Origin: a bacterium
GTDB lineage: Bacteria; Patescibacteriota; Saccharimonadia; Saccharimonadales; AWTP1-31
Assembly (NCBI GenBank): GCA_030426125.1
Contig: JAUHZB010000004.1
Location: 9,253 to 73,252 of the forward strand
DNA: 64,000 nucleotides
Reading direction: 5' to 3'
Position 1 is the stretch's first letter. The number at the start of each line of letters is the position of its first letter. Positions 1 to 8,875 of the stretch are shown here, piece after piece. The notes beneath the pieces were generated by a model that was given only the letters and a program-made list of their open reading frames with translations, had not been told where the DNA came from and ran no database searches. The position numbers were made by a program, and so were the translations under genes.

Positions 1-873
1 AATACTTATGCCAAGATACGTAGCCTTGAGACGACTACCAACCAGTCAATAGACAAGGCTCTACCTTCTAGCCCGGTAATTATTTCTGGCTTTAAAGCAC
101 TACCTAAGTTCGGTGATCAGTTCCAGGTGGCAAATAACGAAAAGGAAGCTCGTCAGCTAGCTGAAAAGGCTGGTCTAGCAGGTCAAAGTGGGCCAAGAAA
201 AGGTGACATTGGTGGCGGTGAGCTAATTCGTATGATAAATCAGGCTAACGAAGTGACCGGATACCCAGTAATTATTAAAGCCGATGTGCAGGGTTCCTTA
301 ACTTCTGTTATTGATAGCATAAAGGCTCTAGACACTGATGAGGTCGCTGTAAGAGTAGTGAGCAGTGGTGTTGGATCAATTAATGAAAATGATATCCAAC
401 TTGCAAAAAGTAGTGGCGCAGTTATTTATGGGTTCAATATTCAGTTGGCTACAAACATAAAGAGACTAGCAAGCAGAGATAAGGTTGACGTAAAGATGTA
501 TAGCGTTATCTACGAATTAATTGACGACGTCAAAGCTGGACTTAGTGCTCTACTGGCACCAGATGTTGTAGAAAAAGCAAAGGGTACATTAGTTGTTAAA
601 GGAATTTTTAAGACTACTAAAACAGAGGTTATATGCGGTGGTGAGGTTAGCTCTGGAAAATTAACCGCTCCTTCGATCGCCCTAGTTTATAGGAAGAAAG
701 ATCAAATAGCAGAGGTTGAAGTTACTAACCTCAAAAAAGGACCTCAAGACGTTAAAGAGGTTGTCGAGGGTGAAATGTGCGGGGTAAATATTGCTACTAC
801 CTCAAAAGTTGAACTACAAGAGGGTGATGAAATTCGCTTTATATCCAGGGAGACAATAGCCAGGTCGCTGTAG
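1..873 (+). CDS. infB: Translation initiation factor IF-2, C-terminal part (5' end lies outside the window)
   Basis: Frame 1 is open from base 1 and runs into ORF 127..873. The text (VIIKADVQGSLTSVIDSI, VRVVSSGVGSINENDIQLA, VEGEMCGV) resembles the IF-2 C-terminal domains. Confidence 0.85.
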   Translation, partial: NTYAKIRSLETTTNQSIDKALPSSPVIISGFKALPKFGDQFQVANNEKEARQLAEKAGLAGQSGPRKGDIGGGELIRMINQANEVTGYPVIIKADVQGSLTSVIDSIKALDTDEVAVRVVSSGVGSINENDIQLAKSSGAVIYGFNIQLATNIKRLASRDKVDVKMYSVIYELIDDVKAGLSALLAPDVVEKAKGTLVVKGIFKTTKTEVICGGEVSSGKLTAPSIALVYRKKDQIAEVEVTNLKKGPQDVKEVVEGEMCGVNIATTSKVELQEGDEIRFISRETIARSL

Positions 874-892
874 ACAGGAAAGGGTACAGATA

Positions 893-2371
893 ATGGAAGA
901 AATGCCAAACATTAACCCCAACCAACACAAAGAAGAGGATGAGCAGCAAGAAGATCAATCTATATCGCGTCGCGAATTATTCGGTGATTCTTGGAGGCGT
1001 TTTAGGGATAGATTTAGAGAGCCGGGGGTTGAAATAGCAGAACAAGTTCAATTTAGTGAAGAGCAAGAAAACATTAAGCATGAAAAAGACAAAGATGACG
1101 ATGACGAGGATGATCTAATTACTTCCGAATCCGATCAACAAACAAAGAAAACTAAATCTAAAAAGAGCTCTAAATCTACTTTAAAGAAAAACAAAGTTGA
1201 CGACATCGAATCCGACATCAGCACAGGACGGAAAGTAGATAGTGCAGATCAAGAGGATAGTTCTTCCGATGATGATAGTGAGAATAGTATTGATGATGAA
1301 CACCAGATAGAAGTTCAAGAAATACCGCACCAAAAGGAGGCTAGTCAAGAGGAGACCAATTTATTGGACTTAGACAGACCTCTAGAGCTGTTTAATCGAC
1401 AAAATGAAGGAAGTGACAGTCAGGGTCAGGGTCTAGATGATGTCGAGCAAATGCAAAGTATCGACCGAGGAGACGACCAGAAACAAGCTGATGATAGTTT
1501 AACTCCGATATCTCAGGTTATACGGAATAAGCCTTCTCTAAAAAGGGCTAGAGGGTACAGTAGCAATATTGCTACTACTACGCCAGAAGATACTGGATTC
1601 TCCCAGACTAGAAATAATAAACATAATAATAGGATTGAATCGTCACCCCGGCATAGGCATCATCGCCTGATAGCCCTAGACATATTAAATTATGGTTTAG
1701 CTTTAAGGCGGGATAACAAAAACCGGCGACTTAGTGATCGAAAAATGCAGAGACTTTCCGAGGAAGTTAAGAAACAATTTAGGCGAGCTGAACAACCAAA
1801 ATCCTCAGCCCAAACAACAGAGAATGCTAAAATAAACAATATTTATCACAACGAAACAGTGGTAGTAAGTGAAAGTGTGGATCCAATTAGACATACACAA
1901 ACTGTTGATAAACTAACAATAGAAGAAAACATTAATCGTATTAATTCTGAACAAACTAATGATCAACTTGAATCCAGTAAGCCTTCAATTTTTAGGTCTT
2001 CAGAAATTCCACAATCTCAATTAGGGGCAACCAGTAGTCCGGAGGTAGCAATTGAGAGAACGGACGCAAGAGTTGAAGAGGTGGTTGTAAATGATGAAAT
2101 TGAGAAGATTAGAGCTGAGTACAAAAAACTCCTTAAAACCAACGATGTCAGTTATAGCAACCAGGTTTGGGACTACGGTTCTCCAACGGCTCCTCCAAAC
2201 CAACAAAGTCCAGGTAGCCAGCAACTATCTAGTGGCGTAAATATTCCTCCAGCAACTGGCGCCGGTAAGCAGCCAACCAACGATTACAAACAGCTGGTTG
2301 TGCCTAGTCTGAGTGGGGCAATTGCTGGTATTGTGGTGTTTATAATATTATATGTGATAAGTGCGCTGTAA
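893..2371 (+). CDS. Hypothetical highly acidic, low-complexity protein with a single C-terminal transmembrane helix (tail-anchor-like)
   Basis: 492-aa ORF rich in D/E/S/Q/K with no signal peptide. The only hydrophobic stretch is the last ~24 aa (LSGAIAGIVVFIILYVISAL). No recognisable catalytic motif. Confidence 0.6.
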   Translation: MEEMPNINPNQHKEEDEQQEDQSISRRELFGDSWRRFRDRFREPGVEIAEQVQFSEEQENIKHEKDKDDDDEDDLITSESDQQTKKTKSKKSSKSTLKKNKVDDIESDISTGRKVDSADQEDSSSDDDSENSIDDEHQIEVQEIPHQKEASQEETNLLDLDRPLELFNRQNEGSDSQGQGLDDVEQMQSIDRGDDQKQADDSLTPISQVIRNKPSLKRARGYSSNIATTTPEDTGFSQTRNNKHNNRIESSPRHRHHRLIALDILNYGLALRRDNKNRRLSDRKMQRLSEEVKKQFRRAEQPKSSAQTTENAKINNIYHNETVVVSESVDPIRHTQTVDKLTIEENINRINSEQTNDQLESSKPSIFRSSEIPQSQLGATSSPEVAIERTDARVEEVVVNDEIEKIRAEYKKLLKTNDVSYSNQVWDYGSPTAPPNQQSPGSQQLSSGVNIPPATGAGKQPTNDYKQLVVPSLSGAIAGIVVFIILYVISAL

Positions 2372-2404
2372 TTTGCTAAACTATAACTGTAAAGGACAAA
2401 AAAT

Positions 2405-2833
2405 ATGTTTAAACTGGACGACAACTTACTAATCGAACTAGGACTAGGTTCATTACCGAACGTTGAAAAAAACCGGATGCTTAGTCATATTTATGAGACT
2501 CTAGAGATGCGGGTTGGTATGAAGCTCGCCCAACAGATGAGTAATGACCAATTGAACGAATTTGAACAGTTGATTGATCAACAGAACGAAGCTGGCGCTC
2601 TAAAATGGCTAGAGACTAACTTCCCAGACTACAAGAAAGTAGTAGCTAGCGAGCTAGAGTCCCTAAAAACTGAGATTAAAACAGAAGCACCTAAGATCAT
2701 AGCTGCTATTGAGCAGAACAATCAATTGGCTCAAAATAACCAACAAAATATTCCTGCTAATCAGCAGCAACCACCGCTAAACTCTAACCCTCAGATGCAA
2801 CAACCTGATAGTTTAAGTGGCAATCAGCAATAA
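2405..2833 (+). CDS. Hypothetical small helical protein with a Q/N/P-rich tail
   Basis: 142-aa ORF. The N-terminal half looks helical (LGSLPNVEKNRMLSHIYETLEMRVGMKLAQQMS). The C-terminus is a Q/N/P repeat-like tail. Family not confidently recognised. Confidence 0.55.
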   Translation: MFKLDDNLLIELGLGSLPNVEKNRMLSHIYETLEMRVGMKLAQQMSNDQLNEFEQLIDQQNEAGALKWLETNFPDYKKVVASELESLKTEIKTEAPKIIAAIEQNNQLAQNNQQNIPANQQQPPLNSNPQMQQPDSLSGNQQ

Positions 2834-2871
2834 GTTTAGTAGTAAGGATAATTAGCGTCGATTACTCAGGC

Positions 2872-3804
2872 TTACTTAGCAATTAGGCGTTCTTTATAGC
2901 CAGCTATAAATGATTGGCTGTCCATTTCTTTCTTTCCAGCTGGCTTTAGACTGAGAACTTTAAGAGATTGCTTTTGACAGCCAATAAATAGTTGTTTACC
3001 ATCTATCTTAATTTCGCCCGGCTGAAGTGATTGCTGACTAATTTCAGCCTCTGTAATTATTAAATCTAGCCCATTAAGCTGACATCGACTTTGAGGCCAA
3101 CCCCTGAAGGCTCTAATTTCTCTTTCGATAACTTCAGCTGGTTTATCCCAATTAATTAGGCCGTCTTGCTTGGTTAGTTTTCGAGAATATGACGGTTTAA
3201 TTCCTTTTCTTTTAGTAATGGATTCTTGATCAGTTAGCTGTATTTGTCCGGCTAGGTATTTTGGTATGTATCGGGGTAGCATACCAGCGCTAAGCTGAAC
3301 TAAGGATTCCGTTAAATGTTGTATATCTGTATCTTTAGGTATCTCATGGCTTTCTTGGGCGATAATCGGTCCCTCATCTAGTGCTTCAACTATTCGCATC
3401 AGTGATACGCCAGTAGTTTTTTGGCCAGACAGGAGGGCGAAAGTTATCGGATCGGCTCCACGCCACTCTGGTAATAAAGAAAAGTGACTGTTAACAATGC
3501 CAAATTTGAAATAATCTATTACTGATTTAGAGATAATAATACCGAAGTCAATTACTAAGCCAACCTGACTATTAAACGAATTTTCATTAAATATTTCATC
3601 TAGTTCTATTCTATTCTTAGGTGTAAAAGTGGATATATTATGTTCGTTTGCAAAGTCTAATACAGGTGCAATATTCTTTTTGATTTTCGGTTTCGTGATA
3701 ATGGCTTCGATAGTAAATTTGTCGATAATCAACTCTAGAGATCTACAGGCAACCGGTCCAGCTCCAAAGAAGACTATCGATGGCTTATCTTTCATGGTCA
3801 CCAA
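2872..3804 (-). CDS. fmt: Methionyl-tRNA formyltransferase
   Basis: FFGAGP N-terminus, the HFSLLPEWRGADPI formyltransferase motif, and the conserved priA-def-fmt order. The start may be the Met 9 nt downstream (MKDKPS). Confidence 0.9.
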   Translation of the reverse strand: MVTMKDKPSIVFFGAGPVACRSLELIIDKFTIEAIITKPKIKKNIAPVLDFANEHNISTFTPKNRIELDEIFNENSFNSQVGLVIDFGIIISKSVIDYFKFGIVNSHFSLLPEWRGADPITFALLSGQKTTGVSLMRIVEALDEGPIIAQESHEIPKDTDIQHLTESLVQLSAGMLPRYIPKYLAGQIQLTDQESITKRKGIKPSYSRKLTKQDGLINWDKPAEVIEREIRAFRGWPQSRCQLNGLDLIITEAEISQQSLQPGEIKIDGKQLFIGCQKQSLKVLSLKPAGKKEMDSQSFIAGYKERLIAK

Positions 3805-4388
3805 AGTACTTTGCTGTTTTTAACATTTTTCTGATAATCTATTTGCTCTAGTTTACCGTCTTTAGTGAGTTCGAAAAAAGCATCCGGTTCATCTTTAATA
3901 TGATCTACAAAAAGCTTACCTTGAGTATGATCAACTTCGTGCTGGAGGACTCTAGCTAGAAAACCCTCAGCCTTCATTTTAATGGTTTTGCCGTCCAGAG
4001 TTTGAGCTTTAAGTCTAATTTTTGAAGATCTAGGCACTAAACCATAGACAGACTTGATGCTTAAACAGCCCTCGTAGTCAGTTTCTATTTCACCTTCATA
4101 TTTGGTTATCTCGGGGTTAATGAGGGCGGTGTATTCAGCCGGGCTTCCGTGTTCAAAATCATCTCTAACAATAATTACTCTTAGTAGTACGTCGATTTGA
4201 ACAGCTGCTAAGGCTACGGTTACCTCATGGTCTCGACTAGCGTCCCAGTCTATAACAGCCGTAACCATATCATCAATAGTTTTTTGGATATCTTTAGTAA
4301 TGATGCCTACTTTTTTCGATTTCTTCCTTAGATCTGGGTGTGGCAGGGTGATTATGCTATCGCGGGGGTTAGTTTGTGCTTGTTTCAT
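3798..4388 (-). CDS. def: Peptide deformylase
   Basis: EGCLS and HEVDH metal-binding motifs; 196 aa; located directly upstream of fmt. Confidence 0.9.
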   Translation of the reverse strand: MKQAQTNPRDSIITLPHPDLRKKSKKVGIITKDIQKTIDDMVTAVIDWDASRDHEVTVALAAVQIDVLLRVIIVRDDFEHGSPAEYTALINPEITKYEGEIETDYEGCLSIKSVYGLVPRSSKIRLKAQTLDGKTIKMKAEGFLARVLQHEVDHTQGKLFVDHIKDEPDAFFELTKDGKLEQIDYQKNVKNSKVLW

Positions 4389-4425
4389 TGAGGAGATTAT
4401 AACAATATATCTGATCTATATATAA

Positions 4426-6381
4426 TTAAAGTAGATTTATTGGATCTAAATCATAGTTTATATTCTTTGGTAGCTTGGAAATTATGGTTAGTAGGTAAGA
4501 TCTGCTCGATGACTTTACTATTATTTGCCAGTTCAGTGACCCCATAGCATGCTCGTTAAAGCGTGGTGCCGGGCCGTTTATCTCAACGTTTAAGTTCAGG
4601 TTATCAATCGCAGTAATAATTTGCTTAGAGGTTTGTAGTATGGATTTTTCAGTCTTGCGCTGGATTATTATTTTTAAAATGTAGCAATACGGGGGTAGGT
4701 GAAAGTCGGATCTTTGCTGTAGTTGGCTATTATAGAATTCATGCCAGCTGTCAGAGGTGGCTGCTAGTAAAGAGGCTGAGGTTGGGTTTAGGGTTTGGAT
4801 CACTACTGTTCCTTTACTATGACCTCTAGAAACCCGACCAATTATTTGTTTTAGTAATTGGTAATTGTTTTCTTCAGAACGGTAATCGGGGAAGCTTAAA
4901 TTAGAATCAGCAGATATTATGCCGACCAATCCTAGTTTGGGGAGATCAAGACCTTTGGCTAGAATTTGAGTTCCAACTATTATCTGAACCTTACCAGCTT
5001 TGACTTCGGCAAAGTTGTTTTCTAATTTTTCTGATTTTGATGAATCAGTATCAAACCGTTTTATGTTTACCCCAGGGAAGGAGGCTTGCAATTGGTCGAA
5101 CAGCGATTTTGTGCCCAGCACTCGGTATGATATTTGGCTCGAACCACAGTTAGAACAATTAATAACAGCCTGCTTAGTATAGCCACAAGTATGACACCGT
5201 AGTTGATGCTTATCGTGATGAAAGGTTAAGGGTATCTGACAACTAGGACACAGCTCTATCCAGCCACAGCTATCACAGTTGACTAAGCGAGCGCTACCAC
5301 GCTTATTCAAGAAAATGAGGGATTGTTGGTTGTTTCTTAAGGCCTTTTTTATCTCAGTGATTAAGGTTGAGGATAGTTGTCTGTGACTGGGGAACTGATC
5401 TTTGTTCTTGATATCAATTATCTTGATGTCCGGTTTGTGTTGAACTCCAGTTGCTTTAGTTTGCATTTTCAAAATCGGCAGTTGTTTTGATTTAAATAGA
5501 TAGTAATCGGTGATGTTGGGGGTTGCTGAGCCCAATACTAATTTGGCGTTATGTAGCTTTGCTAAATGACCAGCGACGAATAAGGCATTATATTTTGGGA
5601 ATTGATCCTGCTTATATGATGAATCATGACACTCATCAATAACAATAAGACCGAGATTTTTAATCGGGCTAAATAGTGCTGAACGAGCGCCGATTACAAC
5701 TACAGGTTGTTTGGACCTAATGATTTTTAGCCAAATGGTTCTTTTTTGTGCTTCTGTTAGGTTGGAATGGATTACAAATATGGGGGCATCGTTTGTGTGT
5801 TTAAAATCGGATAATAATTGTGGGGTTAAGCTAATTTCAGGAGTTAGGATCAAGCAATCTTGACCTTCACGAAGCTGTTTGATTGCTAATTCAATGTATA
5901 CTCTAGTTTTCCCGGTGCCGGTTTCGCCGTGAATTAGGAATGAAGAGTGCTTAGTGTCGCTAACAATACTACTAATCACTTCGCTTTGTTCTTTAGTTAA
6001 ATTAACATTATTGGCGGGTTGTTTTTTTGCTTCAGGTTGCTTATCGGTAGTTTCTTTGGCTAGCTTAGTGGTTCTTGCTGACAGTTGTTTAGGGGTGAAT
6101 AGTGAGGCCACACTAGAAATGTTAGAAGGGTAGTAAGATGCTATCCAACTAATAAGCTTTATTTTTTGTTGGGGTAGCACTAAGTCGTCGAAGACTTCAG
6201 TAATTGGTTTTAGCTTGTAGTCTGGTTTGGCGGTGTTTTTTATCACTATTGCAGTGGTCTGTTGGTTGCGCAGTGGTACATTTACTATAGTGCCCGGAAT
6301 AATTTGTTCCGGATGGCTATAGGTAAGCGCTTCGCTCCCATGGTATTTATTACTAGTAACTAGTACCTCAAAGTAGTTCAC
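4426..6381 (-). CDS. priA: Primosomal protein N' (replication restart helicase PriA)
   Basis: Walker A GETGTGKT, DECH box, and a Cys-rich zinc-finger block (CDSCGW..CPSC..CHTCGY..CSNCGS). Confidence 0.9.
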   Translation of the reverse strand: MNYFEVLVTSNKYHGSEALTYSHPEQIIPGTIVNVPLRNQQTTAIVIKNTAKPDYKLKPITEVFDDLVLPQQKIKLISWIASYYPSNISSVASLFTPKQLSARTTKLAKETTDKQPEAKKQPANNVNLTKEQSEVISSIVSDTKHSSFLIHGETGTGKTRVYIELAIKQLREGQDCLILTPEISLTPQLLSDFKHTNDAPIFVIHSNLTEAQKRTIWLKIIRSKQPVVVIGARSALFSPIKNLGLIVIDECHDSSYKQDQFPKYNALFVAGHLAKLHNAKLVLGSATPNITDYYLFKSKQLPILKMQTKATGVQHKPDIKIIDIKNKDQFPSHRQLSSTLITEIKKALRNNQQSLIFLNKRGSARLVNCDSCGWIELCPSCQIPLTFHHDKHQLRCHTCGYTKQAVINCSNCGSSQISYRVLGTKSLFDQLQASFPGVNIKRFDTDSSKSEKLENNFAEVKAGKVQIIVGTQILAKGLDLPKLGLVGIISADSNLSFPDYRSEENNYQLLKQIIGRVSRGHSKGTVVIQTLNPTSASLLAATSDSWHEFYNSQLQQRSDFHLPPYCYILKIIIQRKTEKSILQTSKQIITAIDNLNLNVEINGPAPRFNEHAMGSLNWQIIVKSSSRSYLLTIISKLPKNINYDLDPINLL

Positions 6382-6479
6382 ATAGCTAGTATAACGACTT
6401 AGTTAATAGATTACTTGAATTTGTATTAATTAATCGCTATAATTTTGATTACGTTGTTTGAAAAACAATATTAAAGCTT

Positions 6480-6764
6480 ATGTTAGATGTATTTATAACT
6501 TCACGAGTCAGACGGAAAATCATAGTCGTATACGCAAAGTATCCCGACTTTAAAACCCATGTTAGAGGGCTAGCAAAACTCATTAAAGAGGATGCTGGAA
6601 ACATACAGAGGGAACTTAAGCGTCTGGAGAAGATTGGTTTTCTTATTTCTGAGAAACAAGGTAACACCAAGATTTACCATACTAATAAGCAGTTTGCGAT
6701 TTTTAAAGAATTGCAAAGTATTGTATTGAAATCGCAGAGATTGCATCAGAAAAAGACAAGATAA
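6480..6764 (+). CDS. Small winged-helix DNA-binding protein (putative transcriptional regulator)
   Basis: 94 aa with an HTH-wing-like text (VRGLAKLIKEDAGNIQRELKRLEKIGFLISEKQGNTKIY). Family not resolved. Confidence 0.55.
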   Translation: MLDVFITSRVRRKIIVVYAKYPDFKTHVRGLAKLIKEDAGNIQRELKRLEKIGFLISEKQGNTKIYHTNKQFAIFKELQSIVLKSQRLHQKKTR

Positions 6765-6771
6765 AATACAG

Positions 6772-6800
6772 TTGTAAAAAAGGTAAGAGTAAAGTATAAT
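6772..6800 (+). promoter_or_regulatory. Sigma-70-type promoter of rpsU, positioned for a leaderless transcript
   Basis: TTGTAA (6772-77), 17-nt spacer, TATAAT (6795-6800). The ATG at 6808 is only 7 nt downstream and there is no SD. Confidence 0.55.
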
Positions 6801-6807
6801 TTAAATA

Positions 6808-7023
6808 ATGATTCAGGTTAAACGTAAAGATTCAAAAGAGTCCTTCGAGAATTTACTGCGAAGGTTCAATAGAAAAGTCCAGCAGTCTGGTGTATTGGCT
6901 ATTGCTAAAGAGGCAAAATATTTCCAAAAACCAATTAGCAAGACTGAAAGACGAAAAAAAGCTATTATCCGCAAAGAGCGCAAAGCTATTAAGGTTAAGA
7001 AACTAAAGCTCGGTATTAGATAA
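6808..7023 (+). CDS. rpsU: 30S ribosomal protein S21
   Basis: 71-aa basic protein; ESFENLLRRFNRKVQQSGVL and the KKAIIRKERK tail are typical of S21. Confidence 0.9.
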   Translation: MIQVKRKDSKESFENLLRRFNRKVQQSGVLAIAKEAKYFQKPISKTERRKKAIIRKERKAIKVKKLKLGIR

Positions 7024-7039
7024 TAACTGTTGTTATTGC

Positions 7040-7495
7040 ATGAACATAAAGCAACGTTTGGAAAAAGACTTAAAAACAGCCATGCTGGCTGGTGATAAAT
7101 TTAAGGTAACCACACTAAGGGGTCTGAAGAGTAGTATTCTAAATGTTGAAGTAGCTGAAGGTTCAAGAGAAAACGGACTCAATAATCAACGGATTATTTC
7201 ACTGCTAAACAAAGAGGCTAAGCAGCGCCAAGAGTCTGCCGATATGTATGTTTCGGCTGGCAGTCAGCAGAAAGCAGATCAGGAACTGGCCGAAAAAAAG
7301 ATCATTAGCCAGTATCTACCGGAGCAGATGTCAGAGTCAGAGCTGAGGAGTGTAGTAGAGAAAATTGCAACCGAAGCTAACTACTCAGAAATGCGACAAA
7401 TGGGCCAACTTATTGCTGACGTCAAGGACAAGACCAAAGGCACAGCCGAGGGCTCTATGATTGCCAAACTAGCTAAGGAGTATTTGACTAAATGA
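7040..7495 (+). CDS. GatB/YqeY domain protein
   Basis: 151 aa; LKTAMLAGDKFKVTTLRGLKSSI and IISQYLPEQMSESEL match the YqeY-like pattern. Confidence 0.8.
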   Translation: MNIKQRLEKDLKTAMLAGDKFKVTTLRGLKSSILNVEVAEGSRENGLNNQRIISLLNKEAKQRQESADMYVSAGSQQKADQELAEKKIISQYLPEQMSESELRSVVEKIATEANYSEMRQMGQLIADVKDKTKGTAEGSMIAKLAKEYLTK

Positions 7496-8019
7496 TAATT
7501 CTAGCAGGTGTTCCGGGTGCTGGTAAAAGTATGCAAGGTCGGCTATTAGCTGATGAGAAGGGCTATGCCTGGATATCTACCGGTGAAATACTTAGAGTAT
7601 TAGTTACTGGTAAACGACGTCACGAAATGCAGGAAGGCAAACTACTGAGTGATGCTGAAATGATCAGAATGATAGACAAAGTATTAGATCTAATTGATCT
7701 GAACGAAGAATTCGTCCTAGATGGTTTCCCAAGAACTATAAAACAAGCTGACTGGTTGATGGATCAAGTATCAATGGGTCGTTTTAAAGTATCGGCTGTA
7801 TTTCATTTAATATCTGATCAGAAAGAGATAACTCGTCGCTTGCAGAGCAGGGGTCGAAAAGACGACACCATAGAGGCTATAAAGACCCGGTTCGATGAGT
7901 ACGAGAACGTAACGTTGCCAATATTAAAAGATTACAAAAAGCATGGCATTAATGTGTATGACATTGATGGTTCTCAGTCTCCACAACAGGTTCACAAACA
8001 AATAACAGATTGTTTGTAG
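7492..8019 (+). CDS. adk: Adenylate kinase (short-lid type)
   Basis: P-loop GVPGAGKS, ISTGEILR, GFPRTIKQA and RGRKDD motifs. There is a 4-nt ATGA overlap with the upstream gene. Confidence 0.8.
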   Translation: MIILAGVPGAGKSMQGRLLADEKGYAWISTGEILRVLVTGKRRHEMQEGKLLSDAEMIRMIDKVLDLIDLNEEFVLDGFPRTIKQADWLMDQVSMGRFKVSAVFHLISDQKEITRRLQSRGRKDDTIEAIKTRFDEYENVTLPILKDYKKHGINVYDIDGSQSPQQVHKQITDCL

Positions 8020-8034
8020 GTAGAGGTTGTTTTT

Positions 8035-8787
8035 ATGTATACAAGAGTAAAAACTACTCAAGAAATTGAGGCTATGCGCCAAGCCGGTAAACAGCTGGCA
8101 ACAGTACTTGATTATTTAAAAAAGAATATTCAGGTTGGAATGAGTACAAAAGAATTAGCTGAACTGGCTAAAAAGCGCTTAAAAGAGCTTGGCGGTAAGC
8201 CTTCATTCTTAGGATATTATGGTTTTCCTGATGTTATCTGCATATCTGTAAATGAGGAAGTTGTTCACGGTATTCCAGGCGACAGGATTATTTACGATGG
8301 TGATATTGTCAGCATGGATTTTGGGGTAACGATCGACAATATGATTACCGACTCTGCCATAAGCGTTGTTGCTGGAACAACTAAAGACAAGAAGGCTGCA
8401 GATCTATTGACCGCAACAGAGGAAGCCTTAATGGCAGGTATAAAGAAAGCTAGAGATGGTGTGCGAGTAGGTGAGATAGCTAACGCTATTGAGAAGGTGT
8501 TAAATAGACAACATTTAGGCATAGTAAAAGAGCTGGTTGGACACGGGGTGGGTCATCAACTTCATGAGGAGCCAAATATTCCAAACTATGGGAGTCCCAA
8601 TCAAGGACCAATTTTACGTAGTGGCATGACTATTGCCATTGAGCCAATGGCAACATTGGGTGGTGCTGGGGTTATTACTATGAAAGATGGTTGGACGATA
8701 GCTACTAAAGACCAGAGTCTTTCAGCTCATTTTGAACACACCATTTTAATAAAAGACAATGGTGCCGAAATTTTAACTAAAATATAG
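8035..8787 (+). CDS. map: Methionine aminopeptidase type I
   Basis: Pita-bread metal-ligand context (SMDFGV, GHGVGHQLHEEP, IAIEPM, HFEHT). Confidence 0.95.
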   Translation: MYTRVKTTQEIEAMRQAGKQLATVLDYLKKNIQVGMSTKELAELAKKRLKELGGKPSFLGYYGFPDVICISVNEEVVHGIPGDRIIYDGDIVSMDFGVTIDNMITDSAISVVAGTTKDKKAADLLTATEEALMAGIKKARDGVRVGEIANAIEKVLNRQHLGIVKELVGHGVGHQLHEEPNIPNYGSPNQGPILRSGMTIAIEPMATLGGAGVITMKDGWTIATKDQSLSAHFEHTILIKDNGAEILTKI

Positions 8788-8840
8788 ATTAGCGCTACTG
8801 CCGGTAGGTACTTGCTGTATACAAATAATTCTTAAGCAAC

Positions 8841-8869
8841 TTGTTACATAAAACGACAAGCGGTATACT
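8841..8869 (+). promoter_or_regulatory. Sigma-70-type promoter of ftsA-ftsZ, positioned for a leaderless transcript
   Basis: TTGTTA (8841-46), 17-nt spacer, TATACT (8864-69). The ATG at 8876 is 6 nt downstream and there is no SD. Confidence 0.55.
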
Positions 8870-8875
8870 GCACTT

